Shown here piece by piece: positions 19,358-28,901 of a stretch of 64,000 bases of DNA (the stretch's first letter is position 1; each line of letters starts with the position of its first letter). A model generated the notes under the pieces. The model worked only from the letters and a program-made list of their open reading frames with translations. It did no database searches and was not told the origin of the DNA. The translations under genes were made by a program, and so were the position numbers. Source of the DNA: Candidatus Sericytochromatia bacterium (GTDB lineage: Bacteria; Cyanobacteriota; Sericytochromatia; S15B-MN24; UBA4093); the NCBI GenBank assembly GCA_036676985.1, contig JAKFBU010000077.1, forward strand, positions 32,001-96,000, in the 5' to 3' direction.

Positions 19358-19999
19358 CTACGCCTCGCCGTGGGTGAGCATGTAGGTCAGCTGCTGGAGC
19401 TCGCTCGTGATGTCGACGCTGCGGACGATGACGCCCTCCGGGGCCGTGAGGGCCACCGGCGAGAAGTTGAGCACCGCCTTGACCCCGGCCGCCACGACCC
19501 GGTCGAGGGCCGACTGGGCCTGATCGGCCGGCACCGTGAGGATGGCGATGTCGAGGGGCGTTTCGGCGGCGACGGCTTCGAGCTCGTCCAGGGACCGGAC
19601 CTTGAGCCCGCCGATGGGCTTGCCGACGACGTCGGGTGAGACGTCGAAGACTCCGCGCAGCACCATGGAACTGCCCGGAAAGCCCGGATAGCGGGCGAGC
19701 GCCGTGCCGAGCGAGCCCGCGCCCATCACCGCGAGCGACCACTCTCGATCGAGCCCCAGGACCTCGGAGGTGACCCTCAGGAGGGTATCCACCTCGTACC
19801 CGAGTCCCGGACGGCCCAGGAGGGCCAGGTAGGAGAAGTCGCGCCGGAGCTGGGCGTCGCTCACGCTGAGCCGTGAGGCCAGCTCTCTGGAGGAGACGAC
19901 CCGCTCACCGGCGTCGTGCATGGCTTGCAGCTCATGCCGGTAGCCGGGCAGCCTGGCCAGCGTCTCCTGCGGTAACCGGCGGCGGATATTTCCCCACAT
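19358..19999 (-). CDS. rex: Redox-sensing transcriptional repressor Rex
   Basis: TLARLPGY, VSSRELA, QLRRDFSY..GRPGLGY wHTH; GAGSLGTAL Rossmann fold; AILTVP, VLNFSP. Confidence 0.88.
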   Translation of the reverse strand: MWGNIRRRLPQETLARLPGYRHELQAMHDAGERVVSSRELASRLSVSDAQLRRDFSYLALLGRPGLGYEVDTLLRVTSEVLGLDREWSLAVMGAGSLGTALARYPGFPGSSMVLRGVFDVSPDVVGKPIGGLKVRSLDELEAVAAETPLDIAILTVPADQAQSALDRVVAAGVKAVLNFSPVALTAPEGVIVRSVDITSELQQLTYMLTHGEA

Positions 20000-20412
20000 G
20001 CGCCCTCACATCGTCGTGCGTGCGTCTACAAACTGGAAAGTGTAGCAGACTTGCGGCCCAGTTCAAAGGGAGGGCTGCGGGGAACCCCTGAAGTCCACCT
20101 GACTCCGGACATTTCGGCTATATCGGGGCGATCTTTTGGCGGTCTGCGGCAAACTACCTAAGTATCCGTGCTCAATACGTAAACTTGAATAATATTGGCT
20201 AATAATCGCTGTTTTAATTCATTCGTACGGAGAAATACGGAATACGTCCCCTGTAATGCCAATTATTCTCTTTTTCGTCGGGTGTCAGGTCTCCAGCCAG
20301 GTTGTTGGCTGGATGCTTAGCGGGCAAGTGCCTGCATTCACCCATCCGCTGCGTCACCAGCGGGAAGGACCTCGAACCTCTTGAGAACCCCCATTGCGGT
20401 AGGAGAACGTCC

Positions 20413-21357
20413 ATGAAGAAACTCTTAACGGTGGCTGCTGGTCTCGCCGTGGCCACGGCCGTCGGCTGCACCGCGCAGCAAGTCGCCACGACCCCCGATA
20501 GCACTTCCAGCATCCTGTCCTGGTCCCTGACCAACCCTCCGACGGGTGCTGCGGTCCAGGGTGCCACGCTTTACGTCATGCTGGCGCCGGAGCTCGATCG
20601 CGAGGGCGCCGACATCATCTCGAAGAAGAACGGTTTCACCAAGGTCGAACTGCTCAAGCCAGACGGCACCGTCTTCAAGACGGCGACCCTCAAGAGCACC
20701 CAGTCCGCCGAGGTCAGCCTCACAGGCCTGACGACCATGGCCGACTACTTCCTGCGCTTCAACGGCAAGAACGAGGCCCTGGTGCCGACCCGCATCATGG
20801 ACCCGGCTCAGCCGATCTTCCAGTACGTGGGCGCTCGGCTGCAGCGCTCGGTCATCGGTGACCTCAGCGATCCGACCTTCGTCATCAAGGTCTACAGCCA
20901 GGCGACCATGGGGGCACACTACGGCAAGGATGCCAAGGGCGTCGTCAAGTTCACGGACGGCAAGCCCACGAGTCAGTACTCCTACTTCGTCTCGTGGCCC
21001 AAGAGCATGCCCCGCGGCAGCGACTGGGCGGAGCTCGGCACGGGCAAGCGCCTCGGTTTCAAGACCGCCAGCACCAAGCACGAGCATGACTACCATGGCT
21101 GGATCCTGGGTGACAACAACCACGGCAAGATCCAGCAGGGCCAGAAGGAGTACTGCAACACCTGCCACGGCCCCAACCTGACCAATGCGGTCTCGACCGA
21201 ATACAACGCCACGCCGAGCTTCGATACGGACGGCAGCGTCAAGTGGGACAAGGGCGTCACCTCGTGGTGGGGCACCAGCACGTCCAAGGGCTTCTGCTTC
21301 AAGTGCCACTACGGTCCGGAAGGCGATCGTACCGGCCTGGTCGACCCCACCAAGTAA
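20413..21357 (+). CDS. Diheme c-type cytochrome lipoprotein
   Basis: AGGAG RBS, lipobox AVGC, CNTCH and CFKCH at the C-terminus plus extra His (HEHDYH, NNHG). Confidence 0.8.
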   Translation: MKKLLTVAAGLAVATAVGCTAQQVATTPDSTSSILSWSLTNPPTGAAVQGATLYVMLAPELDREGADIISKKNGFTKVELLKPDGTVFKTATLKSTQSAEVSLTGLTTMADYFLRFNGKNEALVPTRIMDPAQPIFQYVGARLQRSVIGDLSDPTFVIKVYSQATMGAHYGKDAKGVVKFTDGKPTSQYSYFVSWPKSMPRGSDWAELGTGKRLGFKTASTKHEHDYHGWILGDNNHGKIQQGQKEYCNTCHGPNLTNAVSTEYNATPSFDTDGSVKWDKGVTSWWGTSTSKGFCFKCHYGPEGDRTGLVDPTK

Positions 21358-21391
21358 GCGCGCCTGGCTTGAGATTAGAGGATAGAGACAC

Positions 21392-22279
21392 ATGAAAATG
21401 CGCATGTACGCCATGGCCGCCACGCTGACGGGGCTGACCATGATCATCGGTTGCACCGGCAACCCCTCGGGGACGAACAATGCCACCCCGACGCCCGGCC
21501 CGACGGCGTCGCCGACCGCGGCCCCCCAGAACGTCGTGACGAGCTGGGATCCCCTGCCCTTCACCGGCTTCCCCGCCGATGCGACCCTGACCGGCCGGCT
21601 GGTCGAGCACGGCAAGGCCCCCCGCGATACCTGGACCGTCCAGTATCGCGTCTCGCGCACTTCCAGCGGCACCAACGTCAACGAGGTCGCCCAGTCGGGC
21701 GGCAACGGCTACTTCTGGTTCAAGACGAGCCAGACAGGCAAGTCCAACTATGTCTACGTCTTCAAGGGCTATCCCTATGCCGAACACGAGGTCCACAACC
21801 TTTTGGCCTCGATGAATAGCAAGGAGGTCACGCTACCCGCGACCCTTGATGCCAACAACCCGCTGGCGACCATCGACATGACCTGGGATGGCGCACTCTT
21901 GAAGCCCAAGATCGGCACGGCTATCAACTACGAGGGTGTCAAGTTCGAGTGGCCGGTGCCGGCTGCCTGCCCGAACGCCACCTACAGCATCGATATCGCC
22001 CTGCAACACGATACGCGGAGCTATCTGTATCGCTCCATTTGGGACCCCGCGAACAAGGGCGGCCTGTCGACCAACAGCTTCACGTGGGACGGCAAGATCA
22101 ATGCGCCCAATCCCTTCAAGGACCGCGAGACCGGGGCCATCCTCGGCGACTGGAATGGCAAGGTGGCCAGTCAGGATATCGCGGTGATCATCAACTTCGG
22201 GACCGACAAGCACCTGGCCAGCAACGTGGCGACCGAATCGTGGGGCACTTCGCGTGCGTTGTACTTCAACAAACTGTAG
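21392..22279 (+). CDS. Hypothetical lipoprotein with Pro/Thr linker
   Basis: Lipobox IIGC, TPTPGPTASPT linker, aromatic-rich body; 34 bp after the cytochrome gene. Confidence 0.75.
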   Translation: MKMRMYAMAATLTGLTMIIGCTGNPSGTNNATPTPGPTASPTAAPQNVVTSWDPLPFTGFPADATLTGRLVEHGKAPRDTWTVQYRVSRTSSGTNVNEVAQSGGNGYFWFKTSQTGKSNYVYVFKGYPYAEHEVHNLLASMNSKEVTLPATLDANNPLATIDMTWDGALLKPKIGTAINYEGVKFEWPVPAACPNATYSIDIALQHDTRSYLYRSIWDPANKGGLSTNSFTWDGKINAPNPFKDRETGAILGDWNGKVASQDIAVIINFGTDKHLASNVATESWGTSRALYFNKL

Positions 22280-22323
22280 GCGATAAAACCTAGCGCCTCA
22301 CTGCCGGCAGGAGCAGGCATCAT

Positions 22324-22358
22324 AGCGAGCGGTGGACGGTTGACGTCCACCGCTCGCT
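22324..22358 (+). terminator. Rho-independent terminator
   Basis: AGCGAGCGGTGGACG-GTTGA-CGTCCACCGCTCGCT hairpin followed by TTCT. Confidence 0.7.
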
Positions 22359-22510
22359 TTCTCGGTCACAAACGCAGCCGGCACGCGAGCCCGCAGGGGG
22401 AGCCATGATCGCCACTTCCGGACCAGGGGAATCCCGATGTCTAGGAGCAAAATCAGGGCCTTCCTTACCGACGATCTGCAACGTTCTATCGCATGAGTCC
22501 GCTGGCCCCC

Positions 22511-22636
22511 AGAGGGTGTTTGGAAAGGGCTGTGAAGCAGTGGGACGGGCCTCCGTGCCTGTCTCTGGACGGCCCACGGGGGAAGTCAGGCAGGGACGCC
22601 TGACCTACACGCCAAAGAGCTTTCCTAACGCCCTCT
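22511..22636. mobile_element. MITE/REPIN-like element, copy 1
   Basis: Terminal inverted repeats AGAGGGTGTTTGGAAAG...CTTTCCTAACGCCCTCT around an inverted REP-like pair GTGGGACGGGCCTCCGTGCCTGTC / GTCAGGCAGGGACGCCTGACCTAC; similar copy at 25305. Confidence 0.7.
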
Positions 22637-22660
22637 CAGGACCCGGAGGCTCACGTCAAA

Positions 22661-22687
22661 AGAGGCCGTGGCATTGCCACGGCCTCT
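22661..22687 (-). terminator. Rho-independent terminator of the pentaheme cytochrome gene
   Basis: AGAGGCCGTGGC-ATT-GCCACGGCCTCT hairpin with a T-run on the minus strand. Confidence 0.7.
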
Positions 22688-22721
22688 GGTCCATTGCCGG
22701 CTATTTCATCCGGCGTTCGTT

Positions 22722-23507
22722 TTAGAAGGTCGTCTCGTCGTCCGGCGTGCCGGCGTTGTACCAGTCCTTGACGTTCTGGATCTGCTGCGGGGTGAGGAAC
22801 GAGGTGGACTTGTTCAACATGCCGAGCATCACCGTCTTCTTGCCTTTGACCGAGTAGTAGTTCGTGGAGTCGATGGTGCCGATCCCTTCGGCCACATGGC
22901 AGGTGTTGCACGAAGCATGACCGAGCACGGGCTGGACGTCGGTCGACCAGGTTCGCGTCTTGGGCGCGTTGGGGTCCGTGGAGGCGACCGGCTGCGGAGC
23001 GTTGGGATCGGGCCCCTCGTGGCACTTGAAGCACGTCGTCGAGCCCACCGGGCTCGGCGGGATGCTGCCGTCGGCGGCCTTCTCGGTCGTGTGGCAGATG
23101 TTGCACGACTTGCCGTTGACCAGCGCCACCTTGTAGCCGCCCGCCTTGGTCGTGAAGGCTCCGTGCTCGGCCTTCCAGCCGGTCAGGTGCGGATTGCCGC
23201 TGGGGCCGCCGGCATGACAGGTGTAGCAGGTGTTGGTCGCGCCCTTGCTGGCCGCGATCGTCTTGTCCGCGCCCTGGGTCGAGGTGTGGCAGACGTTGCA
23301 GGACATGCCATTGTCGACCGTGGCCTTCTCGGGGCCGCCCATGGCCTGGACCTTCTTGCCGTGATCGTCTACCCAGTTGGCCGGGTGCTGGTTGGCCACC
23401 GGGAAGAGCGCGGGGAAGACCGAGCAGCCCGCCGCGATCGCGAGCGGCAGCCCCAACAAGGCGGCCTGGGAAATCTTCCGGATAATGCTGGTGTTGCGCG
23501 TTTTCAT
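22722..23507 (-). CDS. Pentaheme c-type cytochrome lipoprotein
   Basis: Lipobox AAGC; five CxxCH: CNVCH, CYTCH, CNICH, CFKCH, CNTCH. Confidence 0.88.
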   Translation of the reverse strand: MKTRNTSIIRKISQAALLGLPLAIAAGCSVFPALFPVANQHPANWVDDHGKKVQAMGGPEKATVDNGMSCNVCHTSTQGADKTIAASKGATNTCYTCHAGGPSGNPHLTGWKAEHGAFTTKAGGYKVALVNGKSCNICHTTEKAADGSIPPSPVGSTTCFKCHEGPDPNAPQPVASTDPNAPKTRTWSTDVQPVLGHASCNTCHVAEGIGTIDSTNYYSVKGKKTVMLGMLNKSTSFLTPQQIQNVKDWYNAGTPDDETTF

Positions 23508-23888
23508 CGCCTTGCCACCTCATGTGCGGGCGGCCGTCCCCACCAAGGGCGGGCCGCCGTCTCGGGAGCGTACTGAGAAGTGTCTCCAGTATTCACGGAT
23601 CGCCGGAACCACGTATCCGTAATCTCTACGCTCTCAACGGCGTTTCAATGCAGATTAGAGGAGACTAATCGGGTAGTCGGGGTGAAATACGTAGGTATGA
23701 ACTCGGTATAGGGGTTTTTCGTTCCAATTTACATGAGATAGGCGTTACTTTCGGAAAAATACCGAACTTTCGCCAATCTATTGCGACTAGGCGATTACAG
23801 TGCTTAGTATTGAGGCATCACGTCGCGGGTCACCGGTACAACGGCGAGTTGCCTCGGGGAATCGGCCTAATTCAGAGAGGGTTCCACA

Positions 23889-24593
23889 GTGAGAAAGCAG
23901 ACCAGATTCATAGCGGGCCTGGTGGGGGCGGCCTTGCTCGCCCAGGCGGTGGGCGCCCTTCCGGCGCAGGCCGAGGAGTTCGCCCTGACGTCCACGGAGC
24001 GCGAGCAGGTCGTGCTCGTCGCCGGCGGCACGTCTCTGATGAGCGAGCCCATCCTCCTGGGGGCGACCCCCCTGTCGGTGGCAGCCGCTGCTGCCGCGAG
24101 CGATCCCGAGTGGGCCGACCTGGCCATCCCGCCCGATCCCGAGGCCGAGGCAAAGCTGGCGCAGGGCCACCTGCGAGAGAACATGTCGCTCGCGCACCTC
24201 CTGCTCGGCAGCGCGACCCTCGGGTTGCTGACCGGCGCCGGCATCACGGGCGTCATGCTCGTGAAGCAGAATGACCCCAACATCCGCCTCCTGCACCAGG
24301 CCACGGTGGGCGTGGGCACGCTCACCTACCTCGCGGACGGCGCCCTGATGCTCTTCGCCCCGAAGCCCTACAAGACCAAGGGTGAGGCCAACCTGAGCAA
24401 CATCGACTACCACCGGTACCTCTTCTACCTGCATCTGGCGGGCATGACCTCGGCCGTCGTCACCGGGCTCATCGCGACCCGGCTCTGGAACCTCGACCCG
24501 TCGCTCGACATCCGTCGGACCCACCCGGCGATCGGCGGGGCCGCCATTGGCCTCATCGGCGTCTCGGCCGTCGTGATGGCCCTCAACTTCTAG
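23889..24593 (+). CDS. His-rich membrane protein, possible cytochrome b
   Basis: Signal peptide then about 4 TM helices with His at their edges (LAHL, LLHQ, YHR/LHL, THP); upstream of YceI gene. Confidence 0.6.
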   Translation: MRKQTRFIAGLVGAALLAQAVGALPAQAEEFALTSTEREQVVLVAGGTSLMSEPILLGATPLSVAAAAAASDPEWADLAIPPDPEAEAKLAQGHLRENMSLAHLLLGSATLGLLTGAGITGVMLVKQNDPNIRLLHQATVGVGTLTYLADGALMLFAPKPYKTKGEANLSNIDYHRYLFYLHLAGMTSAVVTGLIATRLWNLDPSLDIRRTHPAIGGAAIGLIGVSAVVMALNF

Positions 24594-24603
24594 GAGGCTC
24601 CTG

Positions 24604-25182
24604 ATGAAAGCGCTAATCGCCGGTCTCGGTCTGGGGCTCCTCCTGGCAGCCCCCGCCTTTGCCGAGACCTACACGTTCACGGACAAGAGCAAGGTGACGT
24701 TCGTCGCCACCGCCCCCATGCGCTGGAACGGCGTTCACGGCACGTCCCACGACGTTCGGGGCAAGATCGAGGTCCCTGCCGGCAAGTTCGAGCAGGCCCT
24801 GGTGGGCATCGCCATTCCCATCGTCTCGTTCGAGGCCAAGAGCGGCATGGATCAGCACGCCTTCACGGCGCTCGAGGCGGCCAAGCACCCGGCGGTCATG
24901 TTCCGCGGCAAGAGCATCGTCATCGACACGAAGACCGAGACTCCCGAAGGCGTCCGGTTGGCAGGCAAGATCAACGGCCTGTTGAACTTCCATGGGGTGG
25001 TGCAGCCGATCACGGCCCCGTTCACGGTCGTCCAGGGGGCCACGGAGAGCACCATCGAGTCGGAGTTCAAGGTGTCGCTCTCGGCGCACAAGGTCCCGCC
25101 CATCCGGGTCACGATCATCGAGGTCGACGATCCGGTCACCATCCACCTGAAGCTGGTGGCCGTCAAGCAGTCGGTCCAGTAG
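24604..25182 (+). CDS. YceI family lipid/isoprenoid-binding protein
   Basis: Signal peptide, SKVTF, LEAAKHPAVMF, GLLNFHGVVQPI; AGGAGG RBS. Confidence 0.8.
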   Translation: MKALIAGLGLGLLLAAPAFAETYTFTDKSKVTFVATAPMRWNGVHGTSHDVRGKIEVPAGKFEQALVGIAIPIVSFEAKSGMDQHAFTALEAAKHPAVMFRGKSIVIDTKTETPEGVRLAGKINGLLNFHGVVQPITAPFTVVQGATESTIESEFKVSLSAHKVPPIRVTIIEVDDPVTIHLKLVAVKQSVQ

Positions 25183-25193
25183 TTCCAGCTAAC

Positions 25194-25223
25194 AGCGGCC
25201 CCCCTGCACGCAGGGGGGCCGCT
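25194..25223 (+). terminator. Rho-independent terminator
   Basis: AGCGGCCCCCCTGC-AC-GCAGGGGGGCCGCT hairpin after the YceI gene. Confidence 0.7.
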
Positions 25224-25304
25224 TCATTGTTGACGGGGGCTTGAGGCCAGTTGAGGCGTTGTGCAGGCAATCACTCGAGACCCAGGATCATCCCGTTCAC
25301 CCCG

Positions 25305-25437
25305 AGAGGGTGTATGGAAAGTACTTGGAGCCAGTGGGACAGGCCTCCGCGCCTGTCTCAGGGTGGCCCTACAAGGGCGTCAGGCAGGGACGCCTGGCCC
25401 ACTGAGCCAAATCTTCCGGCCTTTTCAGACACCCTCT
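25305..25437. mobile_element. MITE/REPIN-like element, copy 2
   Basis: AGAGGGTGTATGGAAAG...CTTTTCAGACACCCTCT termini; internal GTGGGACAGGCCTCCGCGCCTGTC / GTCAGGCAGGGACGCCTGGCCCAC; same orientation as copy 1. Confidence 0.7.
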
Positions 25438-25458
25438 TGGGGAGAGCGGTTCCTTTTC

Positions 25459-25644
25459 CTAAGGGTGCAGGTAGCGCAGCACCTGCTTGACCGCCGAGCG
25501 CTCCCGGAGGCGCTTCAGGGGGGCGGCAATCATGGCCTCGAAGGTCGAGACGTCGTCCAGTTCGCGCTGCCAGGTATGAGGAGCGCATGCGGTCACGCTG
25601 GACGGAGTTGCGGACATGAGCAGAGAAAGCATATGGGCATGCAT
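25459..25644 (-). CDS. Small hypothetical protein
   Basis: 61-aa ORF preceded by AAAGGAGG. Confidence 0.45.
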   Translation of the reverse strand: MHAHMLSLLMSATPSSVTACAPHTWQRELDDVSTFEAMIAAPLKRLRERSAVKQVLRYLHP

Positions 25645-25868
25645 GGAAAGCCCTCCTTTACGACATCTAGGCGTTAGAGGATGGGTTTCGCGTGGCTGCT
25701 ACCGGGTACCGGCGGTATCCCGTTCGGTTATCCCACCCGAACGTCATGGACGCTCTATAGCTTCCACGGTACCAAGGGCCAAGGTGTATAGTCCTAATAC
25801 CAAGTAATCAGGAGTTTAAGGATAGGTTAAATCGGCAGAGTGTCTGGCATAGCGGACCTCGCATCGCC

Positions 25869-27158
25869 CTAGAACCAGCTCTTGATGGCCTCGAGCGGTC
25901 CCACTAGCCAGGCCTTGTTCGCCGGCGGCTCGAACTCCGTGGGACCCTCGACCTTGCGCGCGGCTTCCCAGAGCGGTTGGAAGACCTGAGCTTCGATGGT
26001 CCGGATGGTCTTGGCGTTGAAGAAGAAGACGTTCAACTCGTGGTTCTCGAGGAGCGATCGCGTGTCCCCGTTGGTCGAGCCGATGCTCGTCCAGACGTCG
26101 TCCGCCGAGAGGTACTTGATGTGCATGAACTTCGGCCGGTAGAGGCCGACGCGGATGCCGGCCCGGGCCATGCGCTTGGCGCTCGACTGGTTCAGCAGGT
26201 GGAACGGGTCGAATGTGCTCCAGTCGGGCAGGAGCAGGCGCACGCGAACACCGCGCCGGGAGGCGGCGATGAAGGCCTGGACCAGCTCCTCGTCCCACAT
26301 GTAGGGGAAGGCCACGTCCAGGCTGTGGCGGGAGTTGTGGGCCGCGAGCAGGTAGGCGGCCCGCACCTCATGGGCCTGCTCCGAGCCGGGCTCCATGAGG
26401 GCGATCTGCAGGGGCTCGTCCCCGATGGACGAGCCCGTCTGGCTCGAAGCATAGCGGTTCTGGCCCGAGGGGGGCACGGCCTCCGCGAGATCGCCGCCCC
26501 ACGCGCGCTTGAAGATCCAGGTGATGTGCCGGGCGGCTTCGCCGCGCATGTCGAGCATGAGGTCGTAGTAGTTGTAGCGGAAGGCGTCGCCGATGTTGAC
26601 GCCGCCCGTGAGGGCGTGGCCCTCGTCGGACACGAGGATCTTGCGGTGGGTGATGTTGAAGCCCGTCGGGCTCCAGTAGTAGGGGTTGTGGATCTGGACG
26701 TTCACCCCGCCGCGCCGCAGGTAGTCGATGAGCTTGTAGTCCTCGCGGCCGTACTCGATCCCCAGGGAGTCGAGCCGGACGCGGACGTCCAGGCCGTCCT
26801 TGGCCCGCCGGATGAGGGCATCGGCGACCTCGCGCCCGGTCGCGTCGAAGTGGAAGATGAACATCTCCACGTACACGCTGCGCCGGGCCTCGCGGATGAG
26901 GGCGAGCATGGCCCGGTGCGTGGCCTCGCCCCCCAGGTGGACGTCCACGTCGTTCTCCCGGGTGACGGGCAGACGGCAGCGCTCGGCGATCAGCTGGCGC
27001 AGGTCGCCCGCGGCTTGCGGGAGGTCGAGGGGCACGCGGTGGACCGGCAGACAGCCGCTCAGCATGGAGGCGAGCGCCGTGGCGATCGCCACGCCACGAG
27101 CCGCACGGCGCCACGTAGCGAGCAGTGGCAGACCAGGAGCAAGCGTCAGTTTCGGCAT
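25869..27158 (-). CDS. Phospholipase D / cardiolipin synthase family protein (probable lipoprotein)
   Basis: Two HKD motifs, HRKILVSD and HIKYLSAD; TGGVNIG; lipobox LSGC. Confidence 0.88.
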   Translation of the reverse strand: MPKLTLAPGLPLLATWRRAARGVAIATALASMLSGCLPVHRVPLDLPQAAGDLRQLIAERCRLPVTRENDVDVHLGGEATHRAMLALIREARRSVYVEMFIFHFDATGREVADALIRRAKDGLDVRVRLDSLGIEYGREDYKLIDYLRRGGVNVQIHNPYYWSPTGFNITHRKILVSDEGHALTGGVNIGDAFRYNYYDLMLDMRGEAARHITWIFKRAWGGDLAEAVPPSGQNRYASSQTGSSIGDEPLQIALMEPGSEQAHEVRAAYLLAAHNSRHSLDVAFPYMWDEELVQAFIAASRRGVRVRLLLPDWSTFDPFHLLNQSSAKRMARAGIRVGLYRPKFMHIKYLSADDVWTSIGSTNGDTRSLLENHELNVFFFNAKTIRTIEAQVFQPLWEAARKVEGPTEFEPPANKAWLVGPLEAIKSWF

Positions 27159-27508
27159 CCTACTCCTACCGGCTGTCGAACCAAAGGACGACGGCAGCGG
27201 TGCACTCCTGCTCGGGAACCCAATGGTGGAGCCCGACTCAGCGTTATGATGTTTCGCTGATTAAGCGTTGATAGCGCGCCGCTGCTTATTGCCACCATAA
27301 CAGCTAGCGATGACGCGGGCTTTAGGTCGAAATGAACAGAGCTTCTCGTGCGCTTGATCCTTGGCGAACGAGTACCTTGCAAGGCCTTTCAAACTCCCCT
27401 TCTTTCAAGGCGAAAACCTCACCTCGCGAGCCGCTGGGCCTTGTGAGATCGCCGGAAGGTCGGCATCATGGAGGTCTGAGCTCTCGGCTGCTTCTTGGGA
27501 GCATCCCC

Positions 27509-28771
27509 ATGTCCAAATCCCTTTCCACCCTCGCGGTGCCCACGATCGACGCGGAGCGTCTCGTCGAGCGCTTCTTGCGCTACGTGGCCATCGACACCCG
27601 GGCCCTTCCCGATGCCGACACCTACCCCAGCAACCCCAACGAGCGGGTGCTCGGGCAACTGCTGGTCGAGGAGCTGCGGGCGCTCGGGCTCGCCGACGCC
27701 ACGCTCGACGAGCACGGCTACGTGATGGCCACCCTGAAGGGCAATCGGCCGGCGCCGGCCATCGGCTTCATCGCCCACCTCGACACGGCGGCCGAGACGC
27801 CCGGCGCGAACGTCATGCCCATCATCCGGCGCAACTACCAGGGCGAGACCCTGACCTTCCCCGGCAACCCGGACCTCGTGCTGTCGGTCGAGACGTGCCC
27901 GAGCCTGGCCACGGCCATCGGCGAGGACCTCATCACCACCGACGGCACGACGCTTCTGGGCGGCGACGACAAGGCGGGGATCGCGATCATCATGGCGGCC
28001 ATCGAGGCCATGGTGCAGCACCCGGAGTGGCCGCACGGCGACCTGCGCATCGCCTTCACGCCGGACGAGGAGATCGGCGCGGGGACGCAGTACTTCGACA
28101 TCCCGCGGTTCGGCGCCCGCTACGCCTACACCGTCGACGGCGAGGCCGCACCAGAGCTCAACGACGAGACGTTCAACGCGGCGAGCGCCTCGCTCGCCAT
28201 CACGGGCCTCAACGTCCATCCGGGCAAGGCCAAGGGGCTGATGGTCAACGCCATCCAGGTCATGGGCGACTTCCTCGCCCTGTTGCCGAGCGACCTGACG
28301 CCTCAGGCGACCGAGGGCCGGGTGGGCTTCATTCACCCGCACAACGTCCAGGGCACGGTCGATTCGGCCACCGTTGACCTGATCCTCCGGGACTTCGACC
28401 TGGAGGGGCTGCGCGCCAAGGAGCGGCTCCTCGAAGACGTCGTCGCCACCCTGCGGTACCGGTACCCCGAGGCCCAGATCGAGCTGGACATCCGCCAGTC
28501 CTACCGCAATATGCGTAGCTTCCTGGATGCGGTGCCCCAGGTGACGGAGCTGGCCCTCGAGGCGCTCGTGGAGGCGGGACTTACCCCCAAGCGGGTGCCA
28601 CTGCGGGGAGGCACGGACGGATCGGCCCTGTCGTGCCAGGGAGTGCTCACGCCCAACCTCTTCACGGGCAGCGGCAACCACCATGGGCTCAGCGAGTGGG
28701 CCTCGATCCAGCAGATGACGAAGGCCGCCGAGGTCGTGGTGCGCCTGGCCAGGCTGTGGACGGAGCTCTAA
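27509..28771 (+). CDS. pepT: Peptidase T (tripeptide aminopeptidase)
   Basis: ERFLRYVAIDT, FIAHLDT, TDGTTLLGGDDKAG, FTPDEEIG, RGGTDGS. Confidence 0.93.
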   Translation: MSKSLSTLAVPTIDAERLVERFLRYVAIDTRALPDADTYPSNPNERVLGQLLVEELRALGLADATLDEHGYVMATLKGNRPAPAIGFIAHLDTAAETPGANVMPIIRRNYQGETLTFPGNPDLVLSVETCPSLATAIGEDLITTDGTTLLGGDDKAGIAIIMAAIEAMVQHPEWPHGDLRIAFTPDEEIGAGTQYFDIPRFGARYAYTVDGEAAPELNDETFNAASASLAITGLNVHPGKAKGLMVNAIQVMGDFLALLPSDLTPQATEGRVGFIHPHNVQGTVDSATVDLILRDFDLEGLRAKERLLEDVVATLRYRYPEAQIELDIRQSYRNMRSFLDAVPQVTELALEALVEAGLTPKRVPLRGGTDGSALSCQGVLTPNLFTGSGNHHGLSEWASIQQMTKAAEVVVRLARLWTEL

Positions 28772-28845
28772 ACGTCAACTCGGGCCGTAGCCGTCAGGTC
28801 TTCGGTGCATCCTGGCCTTCGCCGGGATGAAAGGGTGATACGTAG

Positions 28846-28885
28846 ACAAAGGCCATTCCGTGATGTATCTCGGAATGGCCTTTGT
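28846..28885. terminator. Bidirectional terminator between convergent pepT and OPT genes
   Basis: ACAAAGGCCATTCCG...CGGAATGGCCTTTGT hairpin followed by a T-rich tract. Confidence 0.7.
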
Positions 28886-28901
28886 TGTTTTGTTGACCTT
28901 G

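Noticed and set aside
20000-20412. Structured ncRNA or riboswitch between rex and the cytochrome operon
   Set aside because: No recognisable consensus; the region looks like a promoter/operator. An Rfam scan would be needed to exclude it fully.
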